Shown: positions 1 through 6,808 of the stretch, piece after piece
How the letters are laid out: the number at the start of each line of letters is the position of its first letter
How positions within the stretch are numbered: the stretch's first letter is position 1
NCBI GenBank assembly: GCA_043801595.1
Contig: JAZDLW010000001.1
Coordinates: forward strand, 1-12,735
Direction of reading: 5' to 3'
Source of the DNA: Candidatus Aenigmatarchaeota archaeon
Lineage (GTDB): Archaea; Aenigmatarchaeota; Aenigmatarchaeia; JACPZZ01
DNA length: 12,735 nt
Made by a program: the position numbers and the translations under genes
Notes under the pieces: generated by a model
What the model saw: only the letters and a program-made list of their open reading frames with translations
What the model was told of the DNA's origin: nothing
Databases searched by the model: none

Positions 1-468
1 TATTCTGCCAAAAAAAGATCGCGCAAAAAACCGTTATCAGTCATATTCGGCTCGCTCGATATTGCAAAGAAATATGTTTTATTGGACAAGACGGGTCTGG
101 CGCTCGTAAAACATTTTATGCCCGGACCGCTTACGCTGGTCGTAAAACCGAAAAAAAACCTGGCAGGATCGCCGAAAGACGAAATCGCTTTCCGTATCCC
201 GTCCGACTCGTTTGCTAGGTCGCTCGCAAAACGCTTCGGAAAGCCTATAACAGCGACGAGCGCGAACATGTCCGGAAAAAAACCGATATACTCGTTCCCG
301 CAGGCATTAAAATTTTTCGACGATAAGGTCGGCATGATAATCGACGCGGGCAGCCTGCCGAAACGGAAGGTATCGACCATATTCGATATAAAAAATATGA
401 TCGTGGTCAGGAAAGGCGCAATACGGGAAAACAAAATCAGGAAATTTATAACGCGCAAAACGCAATAA
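1..468 (+). CDS. tsaC: L-threonylcarbamoyladenylate synthase, TsaC/YrdC family; 5' end lies before the window
   Basis: Frame is open from base 1 (YSAKKRSRKKPLSV, matching the K.R...KPL motif). Also PGPLTLVV, AFRIP, PITATSANMSG, IIDAG and STIFD. No C-terminal SUA5 domain. Confidence 0.92.
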   Translation, partial: YSAKKRSRKKPLSVIFGSLDIAKKYVLLDKTGLALVKHFMPGPLTLVVKPKKNLAGSPKDEIAFRIPSDSFARSLAKRFGKPITATSANMSGKKPIYSFPQALKFFDDKVGMIIDAGSLPKRKVSTIFDIKNMIVVRKGAIRENKIRKFITRKTQ

Positions 469-474
469 TCATAG

Positions 475-1068
475 ATGTTCAGCATACAATACCCGTGGAA
501 ATACAGATGGAAACACAGGAACCTCGTGCTGATTTTCATTGCAACCGCATTTGCTGTGTACATCGCAAGCACTCCGCAGGTTGCGCAGCTGATCGAAAGC
601 AGCGGTAATCTTGGTTATCTTGGCTCGTTCATCGCCGGTTTCTTTTTTTCATCGCTTTTTACTGTTCCCCCTGCAACAGTGGTGTTGATCCTGCTCGGAA
701 AAACGCACGACCCGTTTATGATAGCGTTAATAGGCGCGTCCGGAACAGCGATAGCCGACTTGATAATATTCAAGTTTGTCAAAAAATCAATAGCAAATCT
801 TAGCGAAGAGATAATTGAAGTGAAGCTTTTCATTGAACGCTATAATCCTTTGCATTTCTCAAAGGACAGTAAAATCGTTCAACGGATTAAATCACACATG
901 CTGCCTATCCTCGCAGGCATTATCATAGCGTCGCCTATACCGGATGAGATTGCCATAGGTATGCTTGGAGCAGCGAATTACAGCAGGAATAAGATGCTGG
1001 TGCTGGCATTCACCGCCAACTTCGTGGGAATTTTAGTTCTGGCATATCTGGGGAAAACGTTGTTCTGA
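475..1068 (+). CDS. DedA/VTT (SNARE-associated)-like integral membrane protein
   Basis: Several hydrophobic helices. GYLGSFIAG, GASGTAIADLIIF and IIASPIPDE motifs resemble DedA-like proteins. Starts 6 nt after the tsaC stop. Confidence 0.6.
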   Translation: MFSIQYPWKYRWKHRNLVLIFIATAFAVYIASTPQVAQLIESSGNLGYLGSFIAGFFFSSLFTVPPATVVLILLGKTHDPFMIALIGASGTAIADLIIFKFVKKSIANLSEEIIEVKLFIERYNPLHFSKDSKIVQRIKSHMLPILAGIIIASPIPDEIAIGMLGAANYSRNKMLVLAFTANFVGILVLAYLGKTLF

Positions 1069-1069
1069 T

Positions 1070-2311
1070 CTACAGCCCAAGCAAACCTGCGACAAAAGCC
1101 ACGTTCCCTGAAAAAAACAGTATGGTCGGCAGGAGCAAACAACCCATACAGTGCGTTCTTTTGACGTTCAGGCGTTCGCATAAAATTCCTATGCAACTCG
1201 ACGTAAAGAGCACGAGAACACCGTTCATTCCTGAAAACAGGAATACAAGCAGCGTTATGAACGAAATCACAAACAGTGAAAGCAGCGAGTAATTTATTTT
1301 TTTCATCAGCGAAAGCACGCGACCGGACATGCGCAACGACACGAAAGCTGCTATTCCCGACGACAGCAGCATCGAACCTACTAGTAGCGTTAATTCGCTC
1401 ATTCCGATAACGCCCATGATCCTTTCAACCGCAACACTCGCACCGCTGCGCGGATTCCCGACAGTATAAAGCGCTGACATCGAGAATAAAGAATCAGCCG
1501 AGTTAACTGCGCCAAGCATCACAAGAAAGCTTTCCGGCGATGTTACAGCGAAAACTTTTTCAGACAGGATAACAGCCTGCGAAGCGCCTATGCCCGGCAT
1601 AAGTCCGACAAAAAGTCCTGCAATTGTTCCGATAATTACGAATTTCGCCATGTCCGTGAACTTGATTTGGATATCGCCATGCGATTGCTCGGGTATCGAG
1701 GCTTTCTTCTCAACGCTGACGAACAGTGTGCTTACGCCGAATAAACCGGATAATACGGGCAGCAAAGCGTCCTGCGGCTGCAACAGCTTTGCGTCAAGCA
1801 CGAAAAAACCCAGAAATCCGGACAGGAAAAATATCAGCGACGCATAAACCATCTTCTTGGCGCTTTTCTCGCCAAGGATCATGATAAGAACAACTGCCAT
1901 CAACGCAAAGTGCACATAAGGCCTTGTAATATCGTAAACGTTGCTGAAAAATTTCATCGACAGGAATACGATCGCAGATCCTAAAAGCAACGCTGACGCC
2001 GCGCCGGCTATCATAAGAAAAACCGCTTCCAAACCTCTTCCATCCAGGAGCATTTTATGCGCAGGCAATACCGATAGCGAATTATCCTCGTCCGGGGCGC
2101 CGAGCAGTGCGGCCGGGATAAAGGATGAAAAAATATGCGACGACACCATTGAAGATATTATTATGGAAGCCTCCAGCGGTGTTAAATTGAAATAACGGTA
2201 CAGCGACACTGTCAGCACGGCCAGCGTATTCGTGTGCAAACCCGGTATCATGCCCGAAAACAAACCCAAAAACGAGCCGGCCAGTGCTGCCAAAATAAAA
2301 TTCTCTATCAT
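1070..2311 (-). CDS. Tripartite tricarboxylate transporter TctA / DUF112 family permease (archaeal type)
   Basis: Repeated motifs GLFSGMIPGLHTN and GLFVGLMPGIG, plus FIPAALLGAPD, SVLPAHKMLLDGRG and GNPRSGA; about 12 hydrophobic segments. Confidence 0.88.
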   Translation of the reverse strand: MIENFILAALAGSFLGLFSGMIPGLHTNTLAVLTVSLYRYFNLTPLEASIIISSMVSSHIFSSFIPAALLGAPDEDNSLSVLPAHKMLLDGRGLEAVFLMIAGAASALLLGSAIVFLSMKFFSNVYDITRPYVHFALMAVVLIMILGEKSAKKMVYASLIFFLSGFLGFFVLDAKLLQPQDALLPVLSGLFGVSTLFVSVEKKASIPEQSHGDIQIKFTDMAKFVIIGTIAGLFVGLMPGIGASQAVILSEKVFAVTSPESFLVMLGAVNSADSLFSMSALYTVGNPRSGASVAVERIMGVIGMSELTLLVGSMLLSSGIAAFVSLRMSGRVLSLMKKINYSLLSLFVISFITLLVFLFSGMNGVLVLFTSSCIGILCERLNVKRTHCMGCLLLPTILFFSGNVAFVAGLLGL

Positions 2312-2691
2312 TTGACCATTCTCTTAACGTCGGAAATGCGGTTCGGTATTATCTCCAACAAACCTTTGTACTCGTCCACAACGCCTTTTACGGAAATTAC
2401 GGAACCTTTCGAAAATATCGAATACGCATCGCTGCCAAACGCGTTCTTCAAATCCTCGAATATTACAACATTGATATTGCTGTTGCCGTCGGATAATGTT
2501 ACCGCAATATTTTTGTTTGCGAAATCCGCAGATTCGACATAGCCGATAACGGAAACATACTCGCCAACCATCGAATTGTCCAAAAGCGATATCTCGTAAT
2601 TTTTCGGTTCAATGTTGCCTGCAACGCTGTAAATAAGCGCAAGCCCTATCACCGACAGGGAGAAAAATAATAACGGAAACCGGTCTCTCAT
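2308..2691 (-). CDS. Membrane-anchored OB-fold protein
   Basis: N-terminal TM helix, then an OB-fold pattern (VGEYVSVIGYV, LSDGNSNINVVIF, GSVISVKGVVDEYKGLLEII). ATGA overlap with the TctA gene. Confidence 0.8.
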   Translation of the reverse strand: MRDRFPLLFFSLSVIGLALIYSVAGNIEPKNYEISLLDNSMVGEYVSVIGYVESADFANKNIAVTLSDGNSNINVVIFEDLKNAFGSDAYSIFSKGSVISVKGVVDEYKGLLEIIPNRISDVKRMVK

Positions 2692-2819
2692 CTGACCTTA
2701 ATGCGCAAAACTGGAATAAAAGATTTCACGCCTTGTGCGTGATGACACATTTTTCGCCGCAATCTGTGTCGAGCTTATAAAAACGTGTTGTTGACGTGTA
2801 TAAAGCTTGCGTTTTATTG

Positions 2820-2835
2820 CGAAAAAATATAAATA
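2820..2835 (+). promoter_or_regulatory. BRE + TATA box for the small gene at 2937
   Basis: cgaaaaaa purine run followed by TATAAATA at 2828-2835. Confidence 0.6.
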
Positions 2836-2865
2836 CCTGCCAATAACCATAAGGAGAAGGTTAAA

Positions 2866-2930
2866 CAAAAAGGTTGGGTATCTAAGATTGCGCGAATTAA
2901 ATTCGCATTCAACCCTTTTTGAAGGAGTGA
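2866..2930 (+). promoter_or_regulatory. Structured 5' leader plus Shine-Dalgarno
   Basis: 2866-2879 pairs with 2907-2921 (14 bp, two G-U pairs, one bulged C). Inner stem gcgaat/attcgc at 2892-2906. SD GGAGTGA at 2924-2930. Confidence 0.6.
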
Positions 2931-2936
2931 TATGAA

Positions 2937-3107
2937 ATGGCATACGAAAAATTGAACAGCAGAGGCGTAAAATATTACCTGCACCAGAGAGGCAAGCTTT
3001 TCTTCTTCTCTAAGGCCGCAGATGGGTCAGTAGACTTGCCTGCGGGCAACTGGGATGTGATCGAGAACGCAAAAACCGGTCTGCCGATGTTAAAGAAAAA
3101 GGTTTGA
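2937..3107 (+). CDS. Small conserved hypothetical protein, 56 aa (not in the ORF track)
   Basis: Hand translation: MAYEKLNSRGVKYYLHQRGKLFFFSKAADGSVDLPAGNWDVIENAKTGLPMLKKKV. Strong SD, upstream TATA, downstream hairpin. The NS.G..YYLH...FF...V.EN..TGLP.LKK pattern matches a small uncharacterised family that I recall from memory. Confidence 0.88.
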   Translation: MAYEKLNSRGVKYYLHQRGKLFFFSKAADGSVDLPAGNWDVIENAKTGLPMLKKKV

Positions 3108-3128
3108 AAAAGTAACTTTATTATATTA

Positions 3129-3175
3129 CGCAACCGCTGCGGGAAACCGCCCGCAGCTTTGCGGATTATTTTTTA
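3129..3175. terminator. GC-rich hairpin between convergent genes
   Basis: gctgcggg (3136-3143) pairs with cccgcagc (3150-3157), extended by cgcaa/ttgcg, followed by a T-rich tract on the + strand. Confidence 0.65.
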
Positions 3176-3184
3176 TAATCCGTT

Positions 3185-3685
3185 TTATCTTGCAAACGAG
3201 AGCGAGGGTTTGTCCATGCCGTATTCTATGAACTTTTTGAAGTTGTCAGCCTTTTCTTTCTCGATCCTTTCCTTTCCCGTCATTTTTTTGGGCTTTGGAA
3301 TGCGCATCGCGAGCCATCTTATTGCACTGCTGACCGTATGGCTGGGCGTGCAGACAACCCAATATAACACCGATCCGGTTGCGTTTCCCTTATCCAGTAC
3401 AATGTAGAAAATCCTGAAAAGCCCTTCCAGTGCGACAAAAGCCGTAAAGCTTAACACAGCCACGCCGAACAACGTGGGATATCTCAGAAAACTTTCGGTA
3501 AAAACGCCGTTAAGCAGCATGAATAACGCGGAAAAACCGAGGATAAGCTCAGCCGTTCCAGACACGAGACTCGCAACAGTCGCATTAAACCTGTTTTCCA
3601 TGGACATCTGCATTTGCGCGGGTAATGCTCCAAGTAACGGATACGTGATCGCAAGACACCTTTTTGAAAGTTCTTTAGCGTCCAT
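3185..3685 (-). CDS. Hypothetical membrane protein
   Basis: 166-aa ORF with 2-3 hydrophobic helices and a charged C-terminus. AT-rich TATA-like element about 30 nt upstream. Confidence 0.7.
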   Translation of the reverse strand: MDAKELSKRCLAITYPLLGALPAQMQMSMENRFNATVASLVSGTAELILGFSALFMLLNGVFTESFLRYPTLFGVAVLSFTAFVALEGLFRIFYIVLDKGNATGSVLYWVVCTPSHTVSSAIRWLAMRIPKPKKMTGKERIEKEKADNFKKFIEYGMDKPSLSFAR

Positions 3686-3720
3686 TGCAATCCTATTTAC
3701 CGATCTTAGCTAAGGTATTA

Positions 3721-3733
3721 ATAGGCGATTTTA
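3721..3733 (+). repeat. 13-bp direct repeat ATAGGCGATTTTA, left copy
   Basis: Identical to 5140-5152; lies at the left edge of the AT-rich segment. Confidence 0.6.
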
Positions 3734-3826
3734 TGTCCAAAGGGGATATTTATATGGTGACGCTAAAAATGCCAATAATCACTAAATTTGAAGTATGATG
3801 CCCGTTTTTAGATAACTTCTGCTATC

Positions 3827-4234
3827 TCACAAAATAATAAATGCCATATACAGCAAAGTTCCAACGATAAAAACAAATCCTACTAACCCAAAAATAAGTA
3901 AAAAGTTACTAATAAAAGCCAACCATCTTTGAGATTTTCCTCTTGAAAAAGCTTCAAGTATTTTTAACAATCCAGAAAGAATCAGGGAAAATGCAGCTAT
4001 AAGAAAAGATCTTATTGTTGAAATACTGATCACGCTTCCTAAAGGTTTGGTAATATCCAAAAGTGAACCTAAAATCAACAATGAAAATGTGCCCAATGTT
4101 GCAATAGATACCCCAAAAGTTGCTTTGTTATGACCTTTTTCGTATATAGTGTCCGCGATATCATTAAATACCCAACTTGGAAGCCCAAATAAAAATGACA
4201 AGAAGTCTTTCTTCTTGACTCGCTTAGATTTCAT
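3827..4234 (-). CDS. Hypothetical membrane protein (about 3 TM helices)
   Basis: Track ORF 3827-4252. ATG at 4234 (MKSKRV) preferred because it lies about 24 nt from the TATA at 4258-4265. Confidence 0.65.
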   Translation of the reverse strand: MKSKRVKKKDFLSFLFGLPSWVFNDIADTIYEKGHNKATFGVSIATLGTFSLLILGSLLDITKPLGSVISISTIRSFLIAAFSLILSGLLKILEAFSRGKSQRWLAFISNFLLIFGLVGFVFIVGTLLYMAFIIL

Positions 4235-4294
4235 ACAATTTAGTTGATGCAAAGTAGTTATAAATTGCTAATTAACCAAAATAACAGTGATCAC

Positions 4295-4465
4295 ATGAAC
4301 ACAGAAAACATCATCTTCTTAATTTCAGGTTTAGCTATTGTAATCTTCGCATTTATGATGAATGTTAAAGACCTGTTGAGTACTGCTATGTTAGGATTAG
4401 CTCTTAGTTTCGTCGTATTCATGATAATATTATCTAAAAAATATAAACACTGGCACAATAGTTAA
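4295..4465 (+). CDS. Small two-TM membrane protein, 56 aa
   Basis: MNTENIIFLISGLAIVIFAFMM...AMLGLALSFVVFMIILSKKYK: two hydrophobic helices and a basic tail. ATG about 30 nt after TTATAAAT. Confidence 0.6.
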   Translation: MNTENIIFLISGLAIVIFAFMMNVKDLLSTAMLGLALSFVVFMIILSKKYKHWHNS

Positions 4466-4485
4466 TATTCGTAGAAATTAGTCGA

Positions 4486-4932
4486 TTAACCCTTTTCTAT
4501 GCTATAAAGACGACTTTCGATATCAGGATAAATTTTATTTACCCACTTTTTCACAAAAAATTTATTCGTCTTATTATCATAGAATAGATCATATTCTATT
4601 TCTTCAAGTTGTTTTTTTATTTCTTCATAAAAAAGATAAACGACGCCATTTATGTTAATTTGATAAATATTACACAAACCCTGTCTCTCTTTTTTTTCTA
4701 ATACCTTTGTTGTTTTGAAAATTAGAAATTTCTTTTTTTCTGCTATGATAATATTATTCTCCCATAAAGGTAGCCCAGGCGTCATAAAAATAGGGACATG
4801 ATGTTTTTTAGATAATTGTAACAACTCTTCTTTTGTTTTTATTATTGGTTCTTTCTTTATTGATTCTCTGTTGTCAGAAACGGGATTAACATTTGTTATT
4901 ACTATCACATGTTGTTTTTTATCATTTTTCAT
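4486..4932 (-). CDS. Hypothetical Lys/Glu-rich soluble protein
   Basis: 148-aa ORF that stays open in very AT-rich DNA; no recognised motif. Confidence 0.65.
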   Translation of the reverse strand: MKNDKKQHVIVITNVNPVSDNRESIKKEPIIKTKEELLQLSKKHHVPIFMTPGLPLWENNIIIAEKKKFLIFKTTKVLEKKERQGLCNIYQININGVVYLFYEEIKKQLEEIEYDLFYDNKTNKFFVKKWVNKIYPDIESRLYSIEKG

Positions 4933-5139
4933 GAATTAGATTCATTCTTCAAAAGGTTAAAACCTGTCTTCTTAAAAAAAGTCATACAGAGTTAACATCT
5001 GATTAAAACGGATTCATTCTGAATGGTAATGATCGTATAACCTATAGGAAAGGGTCAAACTAACCTAAAGAATGTGTTATTACTGCACAGTTAATCATAC
5101 TCAGATGATCAGAATATATTTATCATTTCTGAACATAAT

Positions 5140-5152
5140 ATAGGCGATTTTA
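5140..5152 (+). repeat. 13-bp direct repeat ATAGGCGATTTTA, right copy
   Basis: Identical to 3721-3733; overlaps the expected start of the ATP-grasp gene. Confidence 0.6.
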
Positions 5153-5784
5153 CGATCCTAACCCTCCCCGAGGCTGAAAAACTCTTTCGCAAATACGGAA
5201 TCAACACAGTCGATGAAAAGCTCGTTAAAGACCGGAATTCCGCAGTAACCATAGCCGGCCAGATCGGACTGCCTGTGGTTGTTAAAGCGCACAACTTCAT
5301 TAACAAAACCGAGCACGCTGCAATAAAAACCAACATAACCACTTTGGAAGCTGTGGCTGAAGCGTTCGAAAGTGTCGGAGCAGCCCAATATTCAAAAACC
5401 GGCAAAAAAGCCGAAGGCGTGCTTCTGCAAAAACATCTTGACGGGATCGAGTTTGCGATAAGCGTGTTCGGCTACCCTGATAAAACCATACGCTTTGGCC
5501 TTGGCGGCTTATTCACGGAAATTTTCAATGATTTTTCTTCGCACGCAGTTCCATTGAGCGAAAAAGACGCCGCTGCCATGGTCTCGGGACTGAAAAACAG
5601 CAGGATATTTGACGGGTTCAAAGGATTCAAACCAATCAAAAAGGACAGACTGGAAAAAGTGATACTCGCTGTTGCTGAAATGGTGCAACGCGAAGATGTG
5701 AAAGAGCTCGACATAAACCCGCTATTTGTAAACGGCGACTCTGCGCTCGTCGCGGACGCAAGGATCGTCACGGGTGACGGGTAA
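5152..5784 (+). CDS. ATP-grasp protein, ADP-forming acetate/acyl-CoA ligase beta-subunit family; start codon anomalous, possibly degenerate
   Basis: Homology extends upstream of the track GTG at 5275: TILTLPEAEKLFRKYGI...IAGQIGLPVVVK. Further motifs GVLLQK, GIEF, FGLGGLFTEIFND, ELDINPL and ADARI. No in-frame ATG/GTG/TTG between the TAA at 5092 and 5275; ACG at 5152. Confidence 0.78.
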   Translation, partial: TILTLPEAEKLFRKYGINTVDEKLVKDRNSAVTIAGQIGLPVVVKAHNFINKTEHAAIKTNITTLEAVAEAFESVGAAQYSKTGKKAEGVLLQKHLDGIEFAISVFGYPDKTIRFGLGGLFTEIFNDFSSHAVPLSEKDAAAMVSGLKNSRIFDGFKGFKPIKKDRLEKVILAVAEMVQREDVKELDINPLFVNGDSALVADARIVTGDG

Positions 5785-6249
5785 TTGCCGTCTTTTTACC
5801 AGCATCTCACAATAGCCGTTATCGCAGTGGCTTTGCTTTTGCTCAATGTAATGCCCGACTACTCTGTGCTGTTTTTATCGTTTCTGATATCCTCGCTCAT
5901 ACCCGACCTCGACTCGAAAAACTCGACAATAAGAAAAAACGCCGCAATGATAATACCGGCCGCGATGTCGTTTTTCGTTGTCCTGAACACGCCGACGAAC
6001 ATGGAAACAAGGGTGTTGGGAGGCGTTGCCGTATTTTTTGCAGCGCACATCGCAATCAATTCATTGCCGCTTGCACACAGGGGCGCAAGGTCGCTGCATC
6101 GCGCGAAACCGGCAATAATGCTGCCGATAATGCTCGGGATGATTGTCTGGCTCCTGTTCCGCACGCCTGAACCATGGAAGATTATAACCGCATCTTTTCT
6201 CGGTTACGCCTCGCACATTGCTGCGGACAAAGTCATGAACAAGCGATGA
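5785..6249 (+). CDS. Membrane-bound metal-dependent hydrolase (YdjM/DUF457-like)
   Basis: N-terminal His, SLIPDLD, HRG..SLH and GYASHIAAD motifs with TM helices. TTG start directly abuts the upstream TAA. Confidence 0.85.
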   Translation: MPSFYQHLTIAVIAVALLLLNVMPDYSVLFLSFLISSLIPDLDSKNSTIRKNAAMIIPAAMSFFVVLNTPTNMETRVLGGVAVFFAAHIAINSLPLAHRGARSLHRAKPAIMLPIMLGMIVWLLFRTPEPWKIITASFLGYASHIAADKVMNKR

Positions 6250-6255
6250 AACGGA

Positions 6256-6336
6256 TTTATTAATCAGTTTTTAGAAGAATAGTAAAGCCGGCGTTGGTTA
6301 ACAATGTCGGCAAATTAGATACGGAACAAGGAGTGA
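6256..6336 (+). promoter_or_regulatory. TATA box, 5' leader hairpin and SD for the 82-aa gene
   Basis: TTTATTAA at 6256-6263. gccggcgttg (6287-6296) pairs with caatgtcggc (6302-6311), 10 bp with two G-U pairs. GGAGTGA at 6330-6336. Confidence 0.65.
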
Positions 6337-6343
6337 TCCAAGA

Positions 6344-6592
6344 ATGACAGAAAGAATTGTAGAATTTGAGACAATAAACTCCAAGGAAACCAACTTTGGC
6401 AGGAATAATTTCCTGGAGATAGCGCGCAAACGCGCAAAGACTGAAGAGGGCGAGAATGAATTCCTTTCTATATCAAGAGGATTTTTCTCAAAAACCGGCG
6501 AAAAAATTTACAAAAGATCGGTTGCGATACCGTTAACAGACGAGATGGTCGAATTTCTGACCAGCTCAGTCAACGAATTAAAATCCGGCTGA
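6344..6592 (+). CDS. Small conserved protein, possibly a PC4/PUR-like single-stranded nucleic-acid-binding fold
   Basis: Strong SD. Alternating beta-strand pattern with aromatic and basic residues (NNFLEIARKR, EFLSISRGFF, YKRSVAIP), then a C-terminal helix. The fold is inferred. Confidence 0.75.
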   Translation: MTERIVEFETINSKETNFGRNNFLEIARKRAKTEEGENEFLSISRGFFSKTGEKIYKRSVAIPLTDEMVEFLTSSVNELKSG

Positions 6593-6631
6593 TATCAGCC
6601 GGATTTATTAAATTTTTTTCTGAATTTTTTT
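6581..6631 (+). terminator. Perfect 26-bp palindrome over the stop codon, followed by oligo-T tracts
   Basis: aaatccggctgat|atcagccggattt at 6581-6606, then two T7 runs. Confidence 0.65.
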
Positions 6632-6739
6632 CACAACAAAGTATAGTTTTATATACTGGCGCACACAAATATTTATTAAGCTGATTCTTTTTTTAAATAT
6701 TTTTAAAAAGATCCGCTTAGAAAGATGGAGGTTTTGAAT

Positions 6740-6772
6740 TTGGCAAAAAAGAAGAAAAAATCAAAAAGATAG
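6740..6772 (+). CDS. Candidate micro-ORF MAKKKKKSKR (or MEVLNLAKKKKKSKR from the ATG at 6725)
   Basis: GGAGGT (6727-6732) lies 7 nt before the TTG; upstream TATA (6647-6655) and hairpin (6677-6719). Confidence 0.35.
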   Translation: MAKKKKKSKR

Positions 6773-6808
6773 ATAACTGGTAAATTTTATAATTTATCTT
6801 GTTGCTTT

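Larger units (their letters stand above)
3721..5152. mobile_element. Candidate small AT-rich horizontally acquired island
   Basis: Clear GC drop: 12/60 GC in 4561-4620 versus 33/60 in 5221-5280. Three unrecognised ORFs and flanking direct repeats. No integrase or transposase. Confidence 0.45.

Noticed and set aside
2726..2775. Perfect box C-like GTGATGA (2739-2745) and two small hairpins
   Set aside because: No properly spaced CTGA D'/D boxes or C' box. The short stems may be chance or part of the OB-fold gene leader.
3733..3798. 21-codon ORF MSKGDIYMVTLKMPIITKFEV
   Set aside because: No recognisable features; better explained as the repeat's ATG running into island sequence.
4939..5020. 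Repeated GATTCATTCT upstream of the 148-aa island gene
   Set aside because: Only two 10-bp copies in AT-rich DNA; not an array, and chance cannot be excluded.
5102..5132. ATGATCA...CTGA resembling a C/D motif
   Set aside because: Too short, no internal C'/D' boxes, and the AT-rich middle looks more like a TATA box.
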